64,000 nucleotides of DNA from Takakia lepidozioides (Eukaryota; Plantae; Bryophyta), in the NCBI GenBank assembly GCA_030704615.1, contig CM060731.1:22568001-22632000 (forward strand), in the 5' to 3' direction. Below, one piece after another: positions 63,044 to 64,000 of this stretch. The notes beneath the pieces were generated by a model that worked only from the letters and a program-made list of their open reading frames with translations, had not been told where the DNA came from and did not search any database. The translations under genes and the position numbers were made by a program. The number at the start of each line of letters is the position of its first letter. The stretch's first letter is position 1.

Positions 63044-64000
63044 GTCAGCTAACTTCTCATTCCTTTATAGTTTGAGCGTGAGGATATCTGTCTCTATCCA
63101 TCTGTGCCAATTCATGTCATGCAGCTGGAGATCTTGTGATTTTTATAGCTAAATCAAGCAAAAGGTGTTGTGGGCACCTAGCATTATGCTGTCGTGTGAA
63201 GGCAAAGAGCTCGCTCAGCTAGTGATTGTACTTTGGAGGCCTTACATAGGCCTCTCAATTGAAAACCCAAGTTTTGTTGTTTACTAGTCAGCACAAATCA
63301 AGAGCCCAGTGCTCCTGGAGGTCCCAACACGCGATTTCCACCTGATAGGACCAATGATGCCTCAGGACTCCTGTTGTTGGCCTGCTTGACACAGGGTCAT
63401 CCTCTTGTGCCGCTTGCACGGAACTCTTCAAACTTGGGTTCTCACTTGGTATCTTTGTATCTTGGCACTTTAGATACACTGGAGGTTTGGGGCTTTCATT
63501 GATTTAGATATATATGTGGCACTCTTTGCAGCCCAAAATGAAATACCAATTGTTGAACTGAACTTTCACTGGAGACCCTGATGTAAAACGGCCCTATCAA
63601 GTGGATCTTCCTGTAGGTCACTGTTAATGGGAATTATTAGTTACACTGAACTTAGCATAAGCATGACTCCACTAAGACATATTTTATGTAGTGCACCTAG
63701 TATTGGGAGGCAATGGGCTCTTAAGAGTCTCATATATTGTTCTCTAGCAAAGACAGTGAGAGATATCTAGGACAGTTCAGACTCTTTTGTCCACAAATAT
63801 TCTTGCAACCATCTGAATTTAAAATCCTGTATTGGTTAGGGTTCAAAATGCTGAGGGTTATCTTCCATCAAGTCCAACTCCATTCTCTAAGTTAGTCAGG
63901 GATGGTCTCAAAGCCATAGAGGATGTACCAGGAATATACATGGTTGGCTACCTCATAGAAACCCTTTGCCATTTGCATGTGTCAATTAGAATATTGTGTG

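Overview
Eukaryotic nuclear DNA from a land plant, probably an early-diverging lineage (bryophyte, lycophyte or fern-like; inferred from the chromovirus, piggyBac remnant and near-identical PLS-DYW PPR repeats). The first ~15 kb is a transposon graveyard: a degenerate Ty3/Gypsy chromovirus with its 3' LTR abutting a dead MULE transposase, a Tourist-like MITE, a piggyBac transposase split by a 1.5 kb insert carrying a PPR pseudogene, and a long-TIR element. Next come a 7-exon UMAMIT/WAT1 transporter with duplicated 3' flanks, NRPB1 (Pol II largest subunit), four PLS-class PPR genes around SLU7, a short glucosidase II beta-like gene, Yos1 and the start of a trihelix-like gene. The most interesting signal is hidden from the ORF track by introns. 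The PPR genes carry an N-terminal PDF motif (W..F..DPS.WWDNR..K|R.P..PDFKHK.T...LWI....P.WV), the ssDNA-binding motif of plant OSB proteins, which can be spliced in frame to PPR-E-DYW deaminases. This suggests a family of organellar editing factors with a DNA-binding module. All gene models were read by eye and have not been checked against transcripts or databases.
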